A DNA stretch of 58,253 nt from a virus. Lineage: Duplodnaviria; Caudoviricetes. Shown here one piece after another: positions 17,127-26,260 of this stretch. Below the pieces are notes generated by a model. That model was not told the origin of the DNA and ran no database searches. It saw only the letters and a program-made list of their open reading frames with translations. Location: the IMG/VR virus record IMGVR_UViG_3300037465_000242, positions 1 through 58,253 of that record, one strand, 5' to 3'. Position 1 is the first letter of the stretch; each line of letters starts with the position of its first letter. A program made the position numbers and the translations under genes.

Positions 17127-17549
17127 ATGTTGGCGACTTACAACCCTGCCGAAGTGACGATCGTCTTCGCCGGCATCCCGATCTCCGGCTTCGCCGAGGG
17201 GACGTTCGTCTCCGTCGAGCGCAACGAAGACTCCTACGCCATGCAGGTCGGCGCCGACGGCAACGCGACGCGCGCCAAGAGCAACAATCGCTCGGGTCGC
17301 GTGACCCTCACGCTCATCCAGTCGTCGGTGAGCAATGACGCGCTGTCGGCGCAGGCGAAGCTCGACGAACTCAACGACGGCGACGGCATCGGGCCGCTGC
17401 TCATCAAGGACCTCTCCGGGCGCACGGTCATCCAGGCCGAGCAGGCGTGGATCGTCAAGCCCGCCACCGTCGAGTACGGGCGCGAGGCGAGCGAGCGCGA
17501 GTGGGTGATCGAGTCCGACGCGCTCGACATGGACGTCGCCGGCAACTAA
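17127..17549 (+). CDS. tail tube protein (DUF3277-like)
   Basis: TYNP..V...G..ISGF..G, VGADG, SGRVTLTL.QSS.SN, REW. Confidence 0.85.
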   Translation: MLATYNPAEVTIVFAGIPISGFAEGTFVSVERNEDSYAMQVGADGNATRAKSNNRSGRVTLTLIQSSVSNDALSAQAKLDELNDGDGIGPLLIKDLSGRTVIQAEQAWIVKPATVEYGREASEREWVIESDALDMDVAGN

Positions 17550-17560
17550 AGCTTACGGGC

Positions 17561-17989
17561 GTGGCGCTCAAAGTCTACGACCCGAAGGGTGTCCTGATCA
17601 TCTTCGCCGGCGTGCCCATCTCCGGCAAAGGCGAGACGCAGTTCCTCTCGGTCGAGACGAACCAGCCCACGTGGGCTATGTCCGTCGGCGTCTCCGGCGA
17701 GGCCGCCCGCGCGAGGTCCAACGATCGATCCGGCCGCGTGACGATCACGCTCATCCAGTCCTCGATCGTGAACGACGTCCTGTCGGCCCTCGCCAACGTC
17801 GACGCCAACACGCCCGGCGGCGACGGCGTCGGGCCGCTGCTCATCAAAGACCTCTCCGGCCGGACGCTGGTGTCGGCCGCCCACGCCTGGATCGTGAAGC
17901 CAGCGGACGTCGGCTTCGCCGTCGAGGCGTCGGAGCGCCAGTGGGTCATCGAGACGCCGGAGCTCCAGATCTTCGTCGGGGGGAATTGA
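17561..17989 (+). CDS. second tail tube paralog
   Basis: GTG 17561; aligns by eye along its full length with the preceding gene (SGRVTITLIQSS, GDGVGPLLIKDLSGRT, AWIVKPA). Confidence 0.85.
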   Translation: MALKVYDPKGVLIIFAGVPISGKGETQFLSVETNQPTWAMSVGVSGEAARARSNDRSGRVTITLIQSSIVNDVLSALANVDANTPGGDGVGPLLIKDLSGRTLVSAAHAWIVKPADVGFAVEASERQWVIETPELQIFVGGN

Positions 17990-18022
17990 TGCGGCGGCGA
18001 AACCGGGTTAGGTAGGCGATCG

Positions 18023-18472
18023 ATGTCGCAGACCGACGGGGCGAAGAAGACGATCGGCGCGGTCGAGTACACCGTCTACAGGCTCGATCCGACGATCTCC
18101 TACCGGCTCGCCCGCCGGCTCGGCGCCGTTCTCGGACCCGCGATCGGGGCGGCCATCGGCAAGGCGGACGGCTCGTCCGTCTCCGAGGCGAACGTGGACC
18201 TCGAGCGCGCCGCGCGCGAGCTCTTCGACCGTCTCGACGAGAAGCTGCTCGACGACCTCGTCCACGCCTTCGGCGAGGTGAGCCTCGCGGGCGGCGCCAA
18301 GGTCCGGGACGTCTTCTCGGCGCACTTCCGAGGCCGCGTCGACGAGATGTTCGAGTGGCTCGCGTTCTGCCTATCGGTCGAGTACGAGGGCCTCATAAAA
18401 AAAGTCCGAAGCGGTATCGGCCGCGTCGCCCTGCTCCGACAGACTCCAGCGTCAGGCTCCCCGAGCACCTGA
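18023..18472 (+). CDS. tail assembly chaperone (short form)
   Basis: Lies between tube and tape measure genes; contains a slippery A-run. Confidence 0.75.
   Translation: MSQTDGAKKTIGAVEYTVYRLDPTISYRLARRLGAVLGPAIGAAIGKADGSSVSEANVDLERAARELFDRLDEKLLDDLVHAFGEVSLAGGAKVRDVFSAHFRGRVDEMFEWLAFCLSVEYEGLIKKVRSGIGRVALLRQTPASGSPST
18397..18404 (+). promoter_or_regulatory. programmed -1 ribosomal frameshift site A AAA AAA (G)
   Basis: A7 run in correct phase in a GC-rich genome; the -1 frame is open to 18636. Confidence 0.8.
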
Positions 18473-18636
18473 GCGACTCGTGGATCTTCTGGCGCCTAGT
18501 CCTCCGCCGGGTTGCCACGTGGGAGGAGATCCGACGATACTGGGACCTGGGCGAAGTCCTCGACGCCAACGAGGCGCTCGACATCCAGGACGACGCCGAC
18601 TGGCTGGCCGCTAGGCCGCTGAAGGGGCACCGATGA
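18397..18636 (+). CDS. frameshifted C-terminal extension of the tail chaperone
   Basis: -1 frame encodes WIFWRLVLRRVATWEEI...LDANEALD; no good independent start; stop overlaps the tape measure ATG. Confidence 0.7.
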   Translation, partial: KKSPKRYRPRRPAPTDSSVRLPEHLSDSWIFWRLVLRRVATWEEIRRYWDLGEVLDANEALDIQDDADWLAARPLKGHR

Positions 18637-20261
18637 TCGTTCGCGAGCTCGTCGCGCTGTTCGGCTTCCAGGTCGACAAGCGGTCGGCCGCCGACGTCGA
18701 CGGCGCGATCCGCGGCGTCGTCCGCGGCGCCAAGGTGCTCGGCGCGGCCATCGCCGGCGCCGCCGTCGTCGAGGGGATCCGGCGCATGGTCGTCAGCACG
18801 GCGCAGCTCGGCGGCGAGATCCAGACGACCTCCGAGCGCATCGGGGTCGGGACGAGGGCGCTTCAAGAGCTTCGCTTCGCTGCCGGCCAGGCCGACGTCT
18901 CGAGCGAGGAGCTGACGACGGGCCTCCGCGTTCTCTCTCGCAACGCGAACGAGGCGCGTCAGGGCAGCAAGGAGCTCGGCCGCGACTTCCGGCGGCTCGG
19001 CGTCAGCGTCACGGGTGCGGACGGCAAGCTGAAGCCCGTCGACGCGCTTCTCGAGGAGCTTGCTGGCGGGTTCGCGCGCCTCGGATCCGACACGGAGCGC
19101 GCCGCCCTCGCGCAGTCCGTCTTCGGGAGATCGGGCGTATCGCTCGTGCCGCTTCTCAAGCGCGGGAAGGACGGCATCCGGGCGCTGCGCGAGGAGGCCG
19201 ACGCGCTCGGCGGTGTCCTCGACGACGATCTCATCCAGCTCTCGAGCGACTTCGACGACTCTCAGAAGCGCCTACGCTTCACGCTCCAGGGGCTCAAGAA
19301 CGTGGTGGCGAAGGCGCTCCTGCCGTCGTTCAAGGCCTCCGTCGACGCGACGATCGAGTGGATCCGCGCGAACCGCGAGGCGATCGCGCAGAACATCCAG
19401 GCGGTCTTCCAGAACGTCGCCCGCGTGCTCGGCGCGATCGCGAGCGCCATGACGGGGGCGGTCGCCGCGGCGCGCGGGTGGTTCGCCGCGCTCGACCCAG
19501 TGCGCGCGTCCCTCGTCAAGATCGGGCTGATCGCGCTGGGCCTGGCGGTCGTCCTGGCGCTTCCCGGCGGCGCCCTCTTCCTGCTCATCGCTCTCGTAGG
19601 GCTCCTCATCGAGGACTTCCAGACTTGGCGGGCTGGCGGCAAGTCGGCGATAGGCGAGCTCGTGGCGGCGCTCGAGCAGCTCGCCGCCGAGTTCCCGAAC
19701 GTGTCGGCCGCGATCCTCTCCGTCGGCGTCGCGTTCGGCAGGGTCTTCGGCGCCATGCAGGACACCGCCTTCTCGTTCATCCAGTTTTTCGTCGACCTGT
19801 TCACGGTGCGCGCAGGGCCGATCCAGGCGATCAAGAACTTCGCCAACAACACGCTGATGATCCTCGGCGACCTCTTCGAGGTTGACCTCGTCGCAGCCGT
19901 GCACGGGTTTATAAGCGAGATCGGGGCCGCCTTCGCCTCGGTGTGGCGGGCCATCCCCGCGCCGCTCAGGGGCTTGCTCGAGAGGGGCGCGGCGGCCGTC
20001 GCCCACGTGGGCGGCACCTTGGCGGGTGCCCTCGGGATCGGGGGCGGCGCCGCGGCCGCGCCGGCCGCGGTCGCAGGGCGAGCGCCATCGGCGGTGTCGG
20101 CCCAGCAGACGAACAACATCACCGTGTCGGTGGACGCCGCCGGCGCCCAGAACCCGGAGGCGGTCGCGGTCGCCGTCGGCCGAGAGGTCAGGTCCGTACT
20201 CGAGGCGCAGAACCGAGAAGCGCTAGGGATGCTCTCGGTCGTCGCGCCGGCGGCGCCGTAG
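18633..20261 (+). CDS. tape measure protein
   Basis: MIVRELVALFGFQVD start; Ala/Gly-rich helical body with hydrophobic segments; position. Confidence 0.85.
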   Translation: MIVRELVALFGFQVDKRSAADVDGAIRGVVRGAKVLGAAIAGAAVVEGIRRMVVSTAQLGGEIQTTSERIGVGTRALQELRFAAGQADVSSEELTTGLRVLSRNANEARQGSKELGRDFRRLGVSVTGADGKLKPVDALLEELAGGFARLGSDTERAALAQSVFGRSGVSLVPLLKRGKDGIRALREEADALGGVLDDDLIQLSSDFDDSQKRLRFTLQGLKNVVAKALLPSFKASVDATIEWIRANREAIAQNIQAVFQNVARVLGAIASAMTGAVAAARGWFAALDPVRASLVKIGLIALGLAVVLALPGGALFLLIALVGLLIEDFQTWRAGGKSAIGELVAALEQLAAEFPNVSAAILSVGVAFGRVFGAMQDTAFSFIQFFVDLFTVRAGPIQAIKNFANNTLMILGDLFEVDLVAAVHGFISEIGAAFASVWRAIPAPLRGLLERGAAAVAHVGGTLAGALGIGGGAAAAPAAVAGRAPSAVSAQQTNNITVSVDAAGAQNPEAVAVAVGREVRSVLEAQNREALGMLSVVAPAAP

Positions 20262-20271
20262 GAACCGCGCG

Positions 20272-20868
20272 ATGGCGCTCTTCGGCAGGACGCAGGTCGT
20301 CGTCATCGAGAGCCTCTTCCCGGTCACGACGCTCATCCAGCTCGAGGCCTCGGTGTCGGAGAGCCACCGCCGCGTCGCCGAGGTGACCGAGCACCCGGTC
20401 GAGGCCGGCGCGGACGTCTCCGACCACATACGCTTCAAGGCCCGCGAGCTCGACATCACGGGCATCGTCTCGAACACGCCGATCCAGCTCCTCGCGAGCC
20501 TCACGTCGCTGCCGTCGGTGCCGGGCGGAGATCCGAGCAGTCGCGCCGAGGACGCCTTCCTCGAGCTCGAGCGCATCATGGAGTCCGGGTCGCTGTGCCT
20601 GATCGCGACGACCCTGTTCCAGTACGAGGGCATGGCGCTCGTCTCGCTCTCGACGCCCCGCGACGCCGCGCGCGGCAACGTGGCCGAGCTCCAGATGACT
20701 TGGCGCGAGGTGCGCCTGGCCGAGACGCTCAAGATCGCCGCGCCGGTGCCGCTGTCGCCGTCGCGATCGGTGACCGCCGAACTCGGCCGGCAGAGCGCCA
20801 AGGTCGCCAAGGCCGCGTCGGCGGCGCAGTCGCAGTCCGCCCTGTTGGCCCTCCTGGGCTTGCTCTGA
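20272..20868 (+). CDS. baseplate/tube-initiator protein
   Basis: ESH...VTEHPVEAGADVSDH. Confidence 0.7.
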   Translation: MALFGRTQVVVIESLFPVTTLIQLEASVSESHRRVAEVTEHPVEAGADVSDHIRFKARELDITGIVSNTPIQLLASLTSLPSVPGGDPSSRAEDAFLELERIMESGSLCLIATTLFQYEGMALVSLSTPRDAARGNVAELQMTWREVRLAETLKIAAPVPLSPSRSVTAELGRQSAKVAKAASAAQSQSALLALLGLL

Positions 20869-20883
20869 CGCGGAGGTGAACCG

Positions 20884-21216
20884 ATGGCGACCGTCCAGCT
20901 GCCGACCCGCACCGACCTCGGGCTCTACCGGATGGAGGTCGACCTCGATGGCGCGACGTTCCAGTTCGCGTTCCGCTTCAACGAGCGCGAGGGCTTCTGG
21001 TACTTCGACCTGGCGGACGCCGACGGCGAGCCGATCAAGTCCGGCGTCAAGGTCGTCACGGGGTTCCCGCTCGCGCGGCTGGTCCGCGACCTCCGCCGAC
21101 CTCCCGGCGAGTTCACGGCGGTCGACACGGCGGACACCGACCGCGAGGCTGGCCTCGAAGACCTCGGCGACGAGGTGGTGCTGAACTACACCGAGGCGGC
21201 GGACCTGCCGGGCTGA
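20884..21216 (+). CDS. small baseplate protein
   Basis: VDLDG..F.F.FRFNER...WYFDL; gene order. Confidence 0.65.
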   Translation: MATVQLPTRTDLGLYRMEVDLDGATFQFAFRFNEREGFWYFDLADADGEPIKSGVKVVTGFPLARLVRDLRRPPGEFTAVDTADTDREAGLEDLGDEVVLNYTEAADLPG

Positions 21217-21220
21217 CCGC

Positions 21221-22063
21221 GTGGGCGCGCTGTTCCACCGGCAGTTCGCGCTGAGCGTCGGCGGCATCGGCATCGCCACGTCCTCCACGGATCCGGCGCG
21301 CATCCATTCGACCTTGCGCGTGGCGTTCCGGGTCGACAGGACCTCGCAGAAGGAGCCGAGCCCCGCCGAGATCACGATCTGGAACCTCTCGAAGGACAGC
21401 CGCGCCGCGCTCGAGTCGGCGCGGCTGCCGGTCGAGCTCAGCGTCGGCTACTCGGGCCAGATCTTCCGCATCTTCTCGGGCGACCTGCTCGACGCCTCGA
21501 CGCAGCGCCAGGGCGTCGACCTCGTCACCAAGCTCCAGCTCCAGGACGGCGCCGGTCGCTACCGCTCGGCGCGCGTCAACGAGTCGCTCGCCCCCGGCAC
21601 GCCGCTCTCGGCCGCGATCCAGGCCGCGGCCACGGCGCTCGGGCTTCCCCTCGGCAATCTCGCCGCGCACCTGACGAACGTCCGCGGCACGACCCAGGCG
21701 CTACAGAAGGGCTTCGCGCTCGTAGGCTCGGCGCAGGAGCAGCTCACGAAGCTCCTCAAGCTCGCCGGCTACGGGTGGTCGATCCAGGACGGCCAGCTCC
21801 AGGTGCTCGCGCCCGGCGAGCCGGCGCCCGGCGAGACCGTCGTCCTCAACGCTGACAGCGGCCTCGTCGGCTCGCCCGAGCGCGGCCAGGACGGCACGGT
21901 CAAGGCGCGCTCGCTCATCGTCCCCGGGATCGCGCCCGGGCGCCTCGTGATCATCGATCGCGCCGAGGAGGCCATCACGCTCAAGGTCGAGCGGGCGCTC
22001 CACGTGGGTGACTCGTGGGCGTCCGACTGGTACACCGAAATAGAAGGGCAGCCGACGACATGA
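21221..22063 (+). CDS. baseplate hub protein
   Basis: AEITIWNLS, VGY, IFSGD, WSIQDGQL, GLVGSP, HVGDS. Confidence 0.75.
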   Translation: MGALFHRQFALSVGGIGIATSSTDPARIHSTLRVAFRVDRTSQKEPSPAEITIWNLSKDSRAALESARLPVELSVGYSGQIFRIFSGDLLDASTQRQGVDLVTKLQLQDGAGRYRSARVNESLAPGTPLSAAIQAAATALGLPLGNLAAHLTNVRGTTQALQKGFALVGSAQEQLTKLLKLAGYGWSIQDGQLQVLAPGEPAPGETVVLNADSGLVGSPERGQDGTVKARSLIVPGIAPGRLVIIDRAEEAITLKVERALHVGDSWASDWYTEIEGQPTT

Positions 22064-22764
22064 CGACCGCCTCCAACAGCCGCACGCCGAGCCTCGCCGA
22101 GGTCATCCGCGCCGCGATGGACGGGCGCCTCGCCGACGTTCACGTCGCGATCCCGGGCAAGATCGAGCGCTACGATCCCGCGACGCAGCGCGCCGACGTC
22201 AAGCCCCTCGTCAAGCGCCGCGTCGCCGCGGCCGACGGCGAGGAGATCGTCGAGTCGATCCCCGTCGTGCCGAGCGTCCCCGTGCTCTTCCCGCGTTCGG
22301 GCGCGTTCTTCATCTCGCTGCCGCTGCAGGTCGGCGACAACGTCCTCCTCGTCTTCTGCGACCGCAGCCTCGACGAGTTCGTCTTCGGCCCGCCCGGGGT
22401 CGAGGCCGAGCCAGACGACTTCCGCACCCACGACCTCTCCGACGCGATCGCCATCCCTGGCGTCTGGCCCGTCGCCAGGGCCCTGACGGGCGCGCACCCG
22501 TCCAACCTGGCGATGGGCCACGACGTCCCGGGCGGCGTGCAGCTGCACGTCGACACGTCCGCCGTGCACCTCGGCGCGTACCCGGCCGCCGACTTCGTCG
22601 CGCTCGCGAGTCTGGTTCTCGGCGAACTTAACGATCTGAAAACCGCGATCAATTCTTGGACTCCCGTCCCAGGCGATGGCGGGGCCGCGTTAAAAACTAT
22701 CTTCACGACTCTGTTCATGACCTGGCCCGCGAGCGTCGCCGCGGCGCGGGCCAAGGCGACCTGA
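22060..22764 (+). CDS. baseplate spike protein (Gp138-like)
   Basis: HVAIPGKIE.YD...ADVKP, VPVLFP, GD.VLLVF.DRSLD, HDLSDAIAIPG. Confidence 0.8.
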   Translation: MTTASNSRTPSLAEVIRAAMDGRLADVHVAIPGKIERYDPATQRADVKPLVKRRVAAADGEEIVESIPVVPSVPVLFPRSGAFFISLPLQVGDNVLLVFCDRSLDEFVFGPPGVEAEPDDFRTHDLSDAIAIPGVWPVARALTGAHPSNLAMGHDVPGGVQLHVDTSAVHLGAYPAADFVALASLVLGELNDLKTAINSWTPVPGDGGAALKTIFTTLFMTWPASVAAARAKAT

Positions 22765-22767
22765 AGC

Positions 22768-23130
22768 ATGGACATCGCGCTCGACCCGGACACCGGCGAC
22801 CTGCTCATCGAAGGCGGCGACCTCGCGCTGCTCGACGGCGTCGAGGCCATCTCCCAGCACGTGGCGATCCGGTTGCAGTTCTTCCAGGGCGAGTGGTTCC
22901 TCGACACGCGCGTCGGGATCCCCTACTACCAGCGCGTCCTCGTGAAGAACCCCGACCTCAACGCCGTGCGCTTCCTCCTGCGCGCGGCCGTCGCGTCGAC
23001 GCCGGGGATCGGGGAGCTGCAGAGCTTCTCGACCGAGTACGCGAACGCCTCGCGCACGCTGTCGGTCGAGTTCGAGGCCTCGACCGAGGATGGGCCGTTG
23101 ACCTTCGATCGAGAATTGATCATAGGCTAG
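22768..23130 (+). CDS. baseplate wedge / sheath initiator
   Basis: RLQFFQGEWFLD..GIPY. Confidence 0.75.
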   Translation: MDIALDPDTGDLLIEGGDLALLDGVEAISQHVAIRLQFFQGEWFLDTRVGIPYYQRVLVKNPDLNAVRFLLRAAVASTPGIGELQSFSTEYANASRTLSVEFEASTEDGPLTFDRELIIG

Positions 23131-23134
23131 GCGC

Positions 23135-24466
23135 ATGGCGGGCGTGACGACCGAGGGCTTCGAGCAAAAGACGCTCGAGGATCTCAAGGCCGAGATCGAG
23201 GACGCCGAGCGCGCGGCCTTCGGGCCCGGGATCAACACGCTCGCGACGTCGGTCTTCGGCCAGCTCAACGGCGTCTTCGCCGGCAAGCTCGCCGAGCTCT
23301 GGGAGGTCGCCGCCGCGATCTACCGCTCGCTCTACCCCGACAGCGCCTCGGGCGAGGCCCTCGACAACGTCGCCTCGATCACGGGCGCCCTGCGCCTCGC
23401 GGCGCGCAAGAGCTCGGCCGAGGACGTGATCTGCACGGGGACCGCAGGCACAGTGCTCGCCGTCGGCCGCGTGCTATCGGTCTCCGGCGCGGGCGACCGC
23501 TTCGCCTCGACGGCCGCGGCGACGCTCGCGGCGGCGACGGCCTGGGCGCCGACGACCGCCTACGCGGTCGGCAACGTGAGGTCCAACTCTGGCAACATCT
23601 ACGTCGTCACCGTCGCCGGCACCTCGGCGGCGTCGGGCGGCCCGAGCGGCACCGGGGCCGCGATCGTCGACGGCACGGTCACGTGGCGCTTCGTCGGGAC
23701 GGGGCTCGCCTTCGCCCTCGTCGACTTCGAGTCCGAGGAGTTCGGGCCGATCAACGCCCCGGCGTTCACGCTCTCGGTCATCGAGACGCCGGTCTCGGGC
23801 TGGAGCGGCGCGGCCAACCGGCTCGATGCCGAGCTCGGCCGCGACGTCGAGAGCGACGCCGACTTCCGCGTCCGCCGCGAGCAGCTCCTCGGCACGGGCG
23901 GCGACGCGACGATCGAGGCGATCCGCGCCGCGGTGCTCGGGGTCGAGGGCGTCACCGAGGCCTTCGTCTTCGACAACCCGACCGACGTCACCGACGTCGA
24001 CGGCCTGCCGCCGCACTCCGTCGAGGTCGTCGTCCTCGGCGGCACCGACGAGGACCTCGCTGAGGCGATCTTCGGCTCGGTCGCCGCGGGCATCGCGACG
24101 CACGGCTCGACGACCGAGATCGTCACCGACTCGCAGGGGTTCTCGCACACGATCAAGTTCAGCCGCCCGACCGAGCTGCTCATGTACGTCGACGTGACGG
24201 TCGTCGTCGACGCGGGCCTGTTCCCGCTCGACGGCGTCGACCAGGTAAAGGCCGCGATCGTCGCCGAGGGCGACCGCCTCGGCATCGGCGACGACGTGAT
24301 TACCGTTCGCCTAAAGTGCGCGTCGCTCGAGGTCTCGGGCGTTACCGACGTGACGGTGCTCGAGGTCGACGACGTCGCGTTCCCGTCGAGCACGTCGAAC
24401 CACCCGGTCGCCGTGCGCGAGGTGGCGCGCTTCGACACGAGCCGCGTCGTCGTGACGGTGGCCTAG
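23135..24466 (+). CDS. baseplate J-like protein with inserted ~52-aa module
   Basis: ASGEALD, G.DVESDADFR.R, GLPPHSVEVVV.GG, FSRP. Confidence 0.85.
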   Translation: MAGVTTEGFEQKTLEDLKAEIEDAERAAFGPGINTLATSVFGQLNGVFAGKLAELWEVAAAIYRSLYPDSASGEALDNVASITGALRLAARKSSAEDVICTGTAGTVLAVGRVLSVSGAGDRFASTAAATLAAATAWAPTTAYAVGNVRSNSGNIYVVTVAGTSAASGGPSGTGAAIVDGTVTWRFVGTGLAFALVDFESEEFGPINAPAFTLSVIETPVSGWSGAANRLDAELGRDVESDADFRVRREQLLGTGGDATIEAIRAAVLGVEGVTEAFVFDNPTDVTDVDGLPPHSVEVVVLGGTDEDLAEAIFGSVAAGIATHGSTTEIVTDSQGFSHTIKFSRPTELLMYVDVTVVVDAGLFPLDGVDQVKAAIVAEGDRLGIGDDVITVRLKCASLEVSGVTDVTVLEVDDVAFPSSTSNHPVAVREVARFDTSRVVVTVA

Positions 24467-24467
24467 C

Positions 24468-25079
24468 GTGGCGCTCGTCGAGAAGACGACGCACGTCGAG
24501 GAGGCTCGGCGCCAGCTCGCCCAGCAGTTCCGCGACAAGGCGAACATCGAGGCGCTGCTCGCGGCCTTCGTCGATCGGATCCAGGACCTCGAAGCGGTCC
24601 TCTTCGACCTCGGCCTGCAGCGCGACGTCGACGCTGCCGAGGGCGCGCAGCTCGACGGTGCGGGCGACATCGTCGGCGAGGCGCGCGAGGGGCGCGCGGA
24701 CGTCGACTACCGCATCGCGATCAAGGCGCGCATCGCCGCCAACCTCTCGTCGGGCACGGTCGAGGACGTGATCCTCGTGCTCCTGCTCGCGCTCTCGCTC
24801 GGCGCGGGCGACATCTTTCTCGAGCAGCTGCCGCCCGCCGCGTTCCGCGTGCAGCTGCAGGAGCCGCTATCGATCGCCACGGCCGCGCGAGCCGCGGCGC
24901 TGCTGCGCGACGCCCGGGCGGCGGGCGTGGGCGCATTCCTCGAGTTCTCCGAGTTCGCCGCGGCGCAGACGTTCACGTTCTCCGACAGCTCGTCGCTCGC
25001 GATGGGCGACACGTCCAAGGGCTTCGCCGACGCGACGCAGACCACTGGCGGGCACTTCGCCGGTGCGATATTGAGCTGA
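24468..25079 (+). CDS. baseplate wedge protein (DUF2612-like)
   Basis: QQFRDK.NI, A.GAQLD..GDIVG..R, YR.AIKARI. Confidence 0.75.
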   Translation: MALVEKTTHVEEARRQLAQQFRDKANIEALLAAFVDRIQDLEAVLFDLGLQRDVDAAEGAQLDGAGDIVGEAREGRADVDYRIAIKARIAANLSSGTVEDVILVLLLALSLGAGDIFLEQLPPAAFRVQLQEPLSIATAARAAALLRDARAAGVGAFLEFSEFAAAQTFTFSDSSSLAMGDTSKGFADATQTTGGHFAGAILS

Positions 25080-25083
25080 GCCG

Positions 25084-26247
25084 ATGCCGATCAAGCCGAC
25101 CACGTTGCCAGAGTGGGCGAGCGATCCCGGGGCCGACATCGTCGAGCCCGCGCTCGCGCAGAAGCAGGACGGCTGGGACACGAGCGACCGGCCGCCGGCG
25201 CAGTTCTTCAACTGGTGGCAGAACAACGTCTTCACCTGGGTCCAGTTCGTCAACGCTCCCGTCGGCCAGGCCGGCCTGCCGGCCTTCGACGCGACGGGCG
25301 GCAGCTCGAGCGGCACGGGGATCAAGGCCACCGGTGGATCTCCGAACGGCATAGGGCTCCACGGCGTCGGCACAGGCTCGGGCGAGGGCGTTCTCTCGAT
25401 CGGCGGCGCGACGGACGGCACCGCAGTCAAGGGCACGGCGGGCGGCGCGAGCGGTCGCGGCGTACTCGGCATCGGCTCTGGCGCCAACGGCTTCGGCGTC
25501 CACGGCGTGGCGCCGGGGATCACGCCCGGATCGCCATCGGTCTTTACGGGAGGGCACGCAGGATTCTTCGAGGGGCTGGTGCGCACGCACGGTAGGCAGG
25601 CGATCACGCCCACGACGGCCGAAGGCTTGCGCGTCGACGGCATCGGCTCTGGCCAACCCGCGGCGATCCTGATGGCGGACACGTACGGCGTCCTGATCTC
25701 GGCCGGCGGGTTTTCCCCATCAGTGTTCGGATCGCAGACTGGTCTGAACGTCACCGGCGGCGGCACGGGGCTGTCGGCCGGTATTCGTGGCGTGTCGAAC
25801 AGCACGACTGCCGGCTCGCACGGTGTGATCGGCGAGGGCGCCGGCGCTAACTCCGGCGTCAGCGGCACAGGAGGACCCTCGTCCGGGGTGGGCGTAGAGG
25901 GTACAGCCGGAGGCGCGCTTGGCATAGGCGTGAAGGGGACGGCGACCAGCGGTGACGGCGTGCAAGGCTTCGCCAGCGGATCGGGATCGAGTTCTGGCGT
26001 CTATGGCAGGCAGAGCGGTAGCGGATTCGCTGGATTTTTTCAAAACGTAGGTACCGGCTACGGGCTCGTCGCCGAGGCCGATACGACGGCGCCAGTGAGG
26101 GCCGCTTTTCGTATCGTGCCGCAAGATACAGCGCCGACGACTGCTTTGAAGGGTGATCTCTATGTTCAAACAGGCGGCTCCGATGATGGTAAATTGAAAA
26201 TATTTAACGGTACGGCGTGGGTCACCGTCGGCGGCCAGGCGCCTTAG
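25084..26247 (+). CDS. tail fibre protein, glycine-rich repeats
   Basis: PEWA...GW...PPAQFFNWW baseplate anchor followed by GxGVxG repeats. Confidence 0.75.
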   Translation: MPIKPTTLPEWASDPGADIVEPALAQKQDGWDTSDRPPAQFFNWWQNNVFTWVQFVNAPVGQAGLPAFDATGGSSSGTGIKATGGSPNGIGLHGVGTGSGEGVLSIGGATDGTAVKGTAGGASGRGVLGIGSGANGFGVHGVAPGITPGSPSVFTGGHAGFFEGLVRTHGRQAITPTTAEGLRVDGIGSGQPAAILMADTYGVLISAGGFSPSVFGSQTGLNVTGGGTGLSAGIRGVSNSTTAGSHGVIGEGAGANSGVSGTGGPSSGVGVEGTAGGALGIGVKGTATSGDGVQGFASGSGSSSGVYGRQSGSGFAGFFQNVGTGYGLVAEADTTAPVRAAFRIVPQDTAPTTALKGDLYVQTGGSDDGKLKIFNGTAWVTVGGQAP

Positions 26248-26260
26248 GAGCGATATTCGA

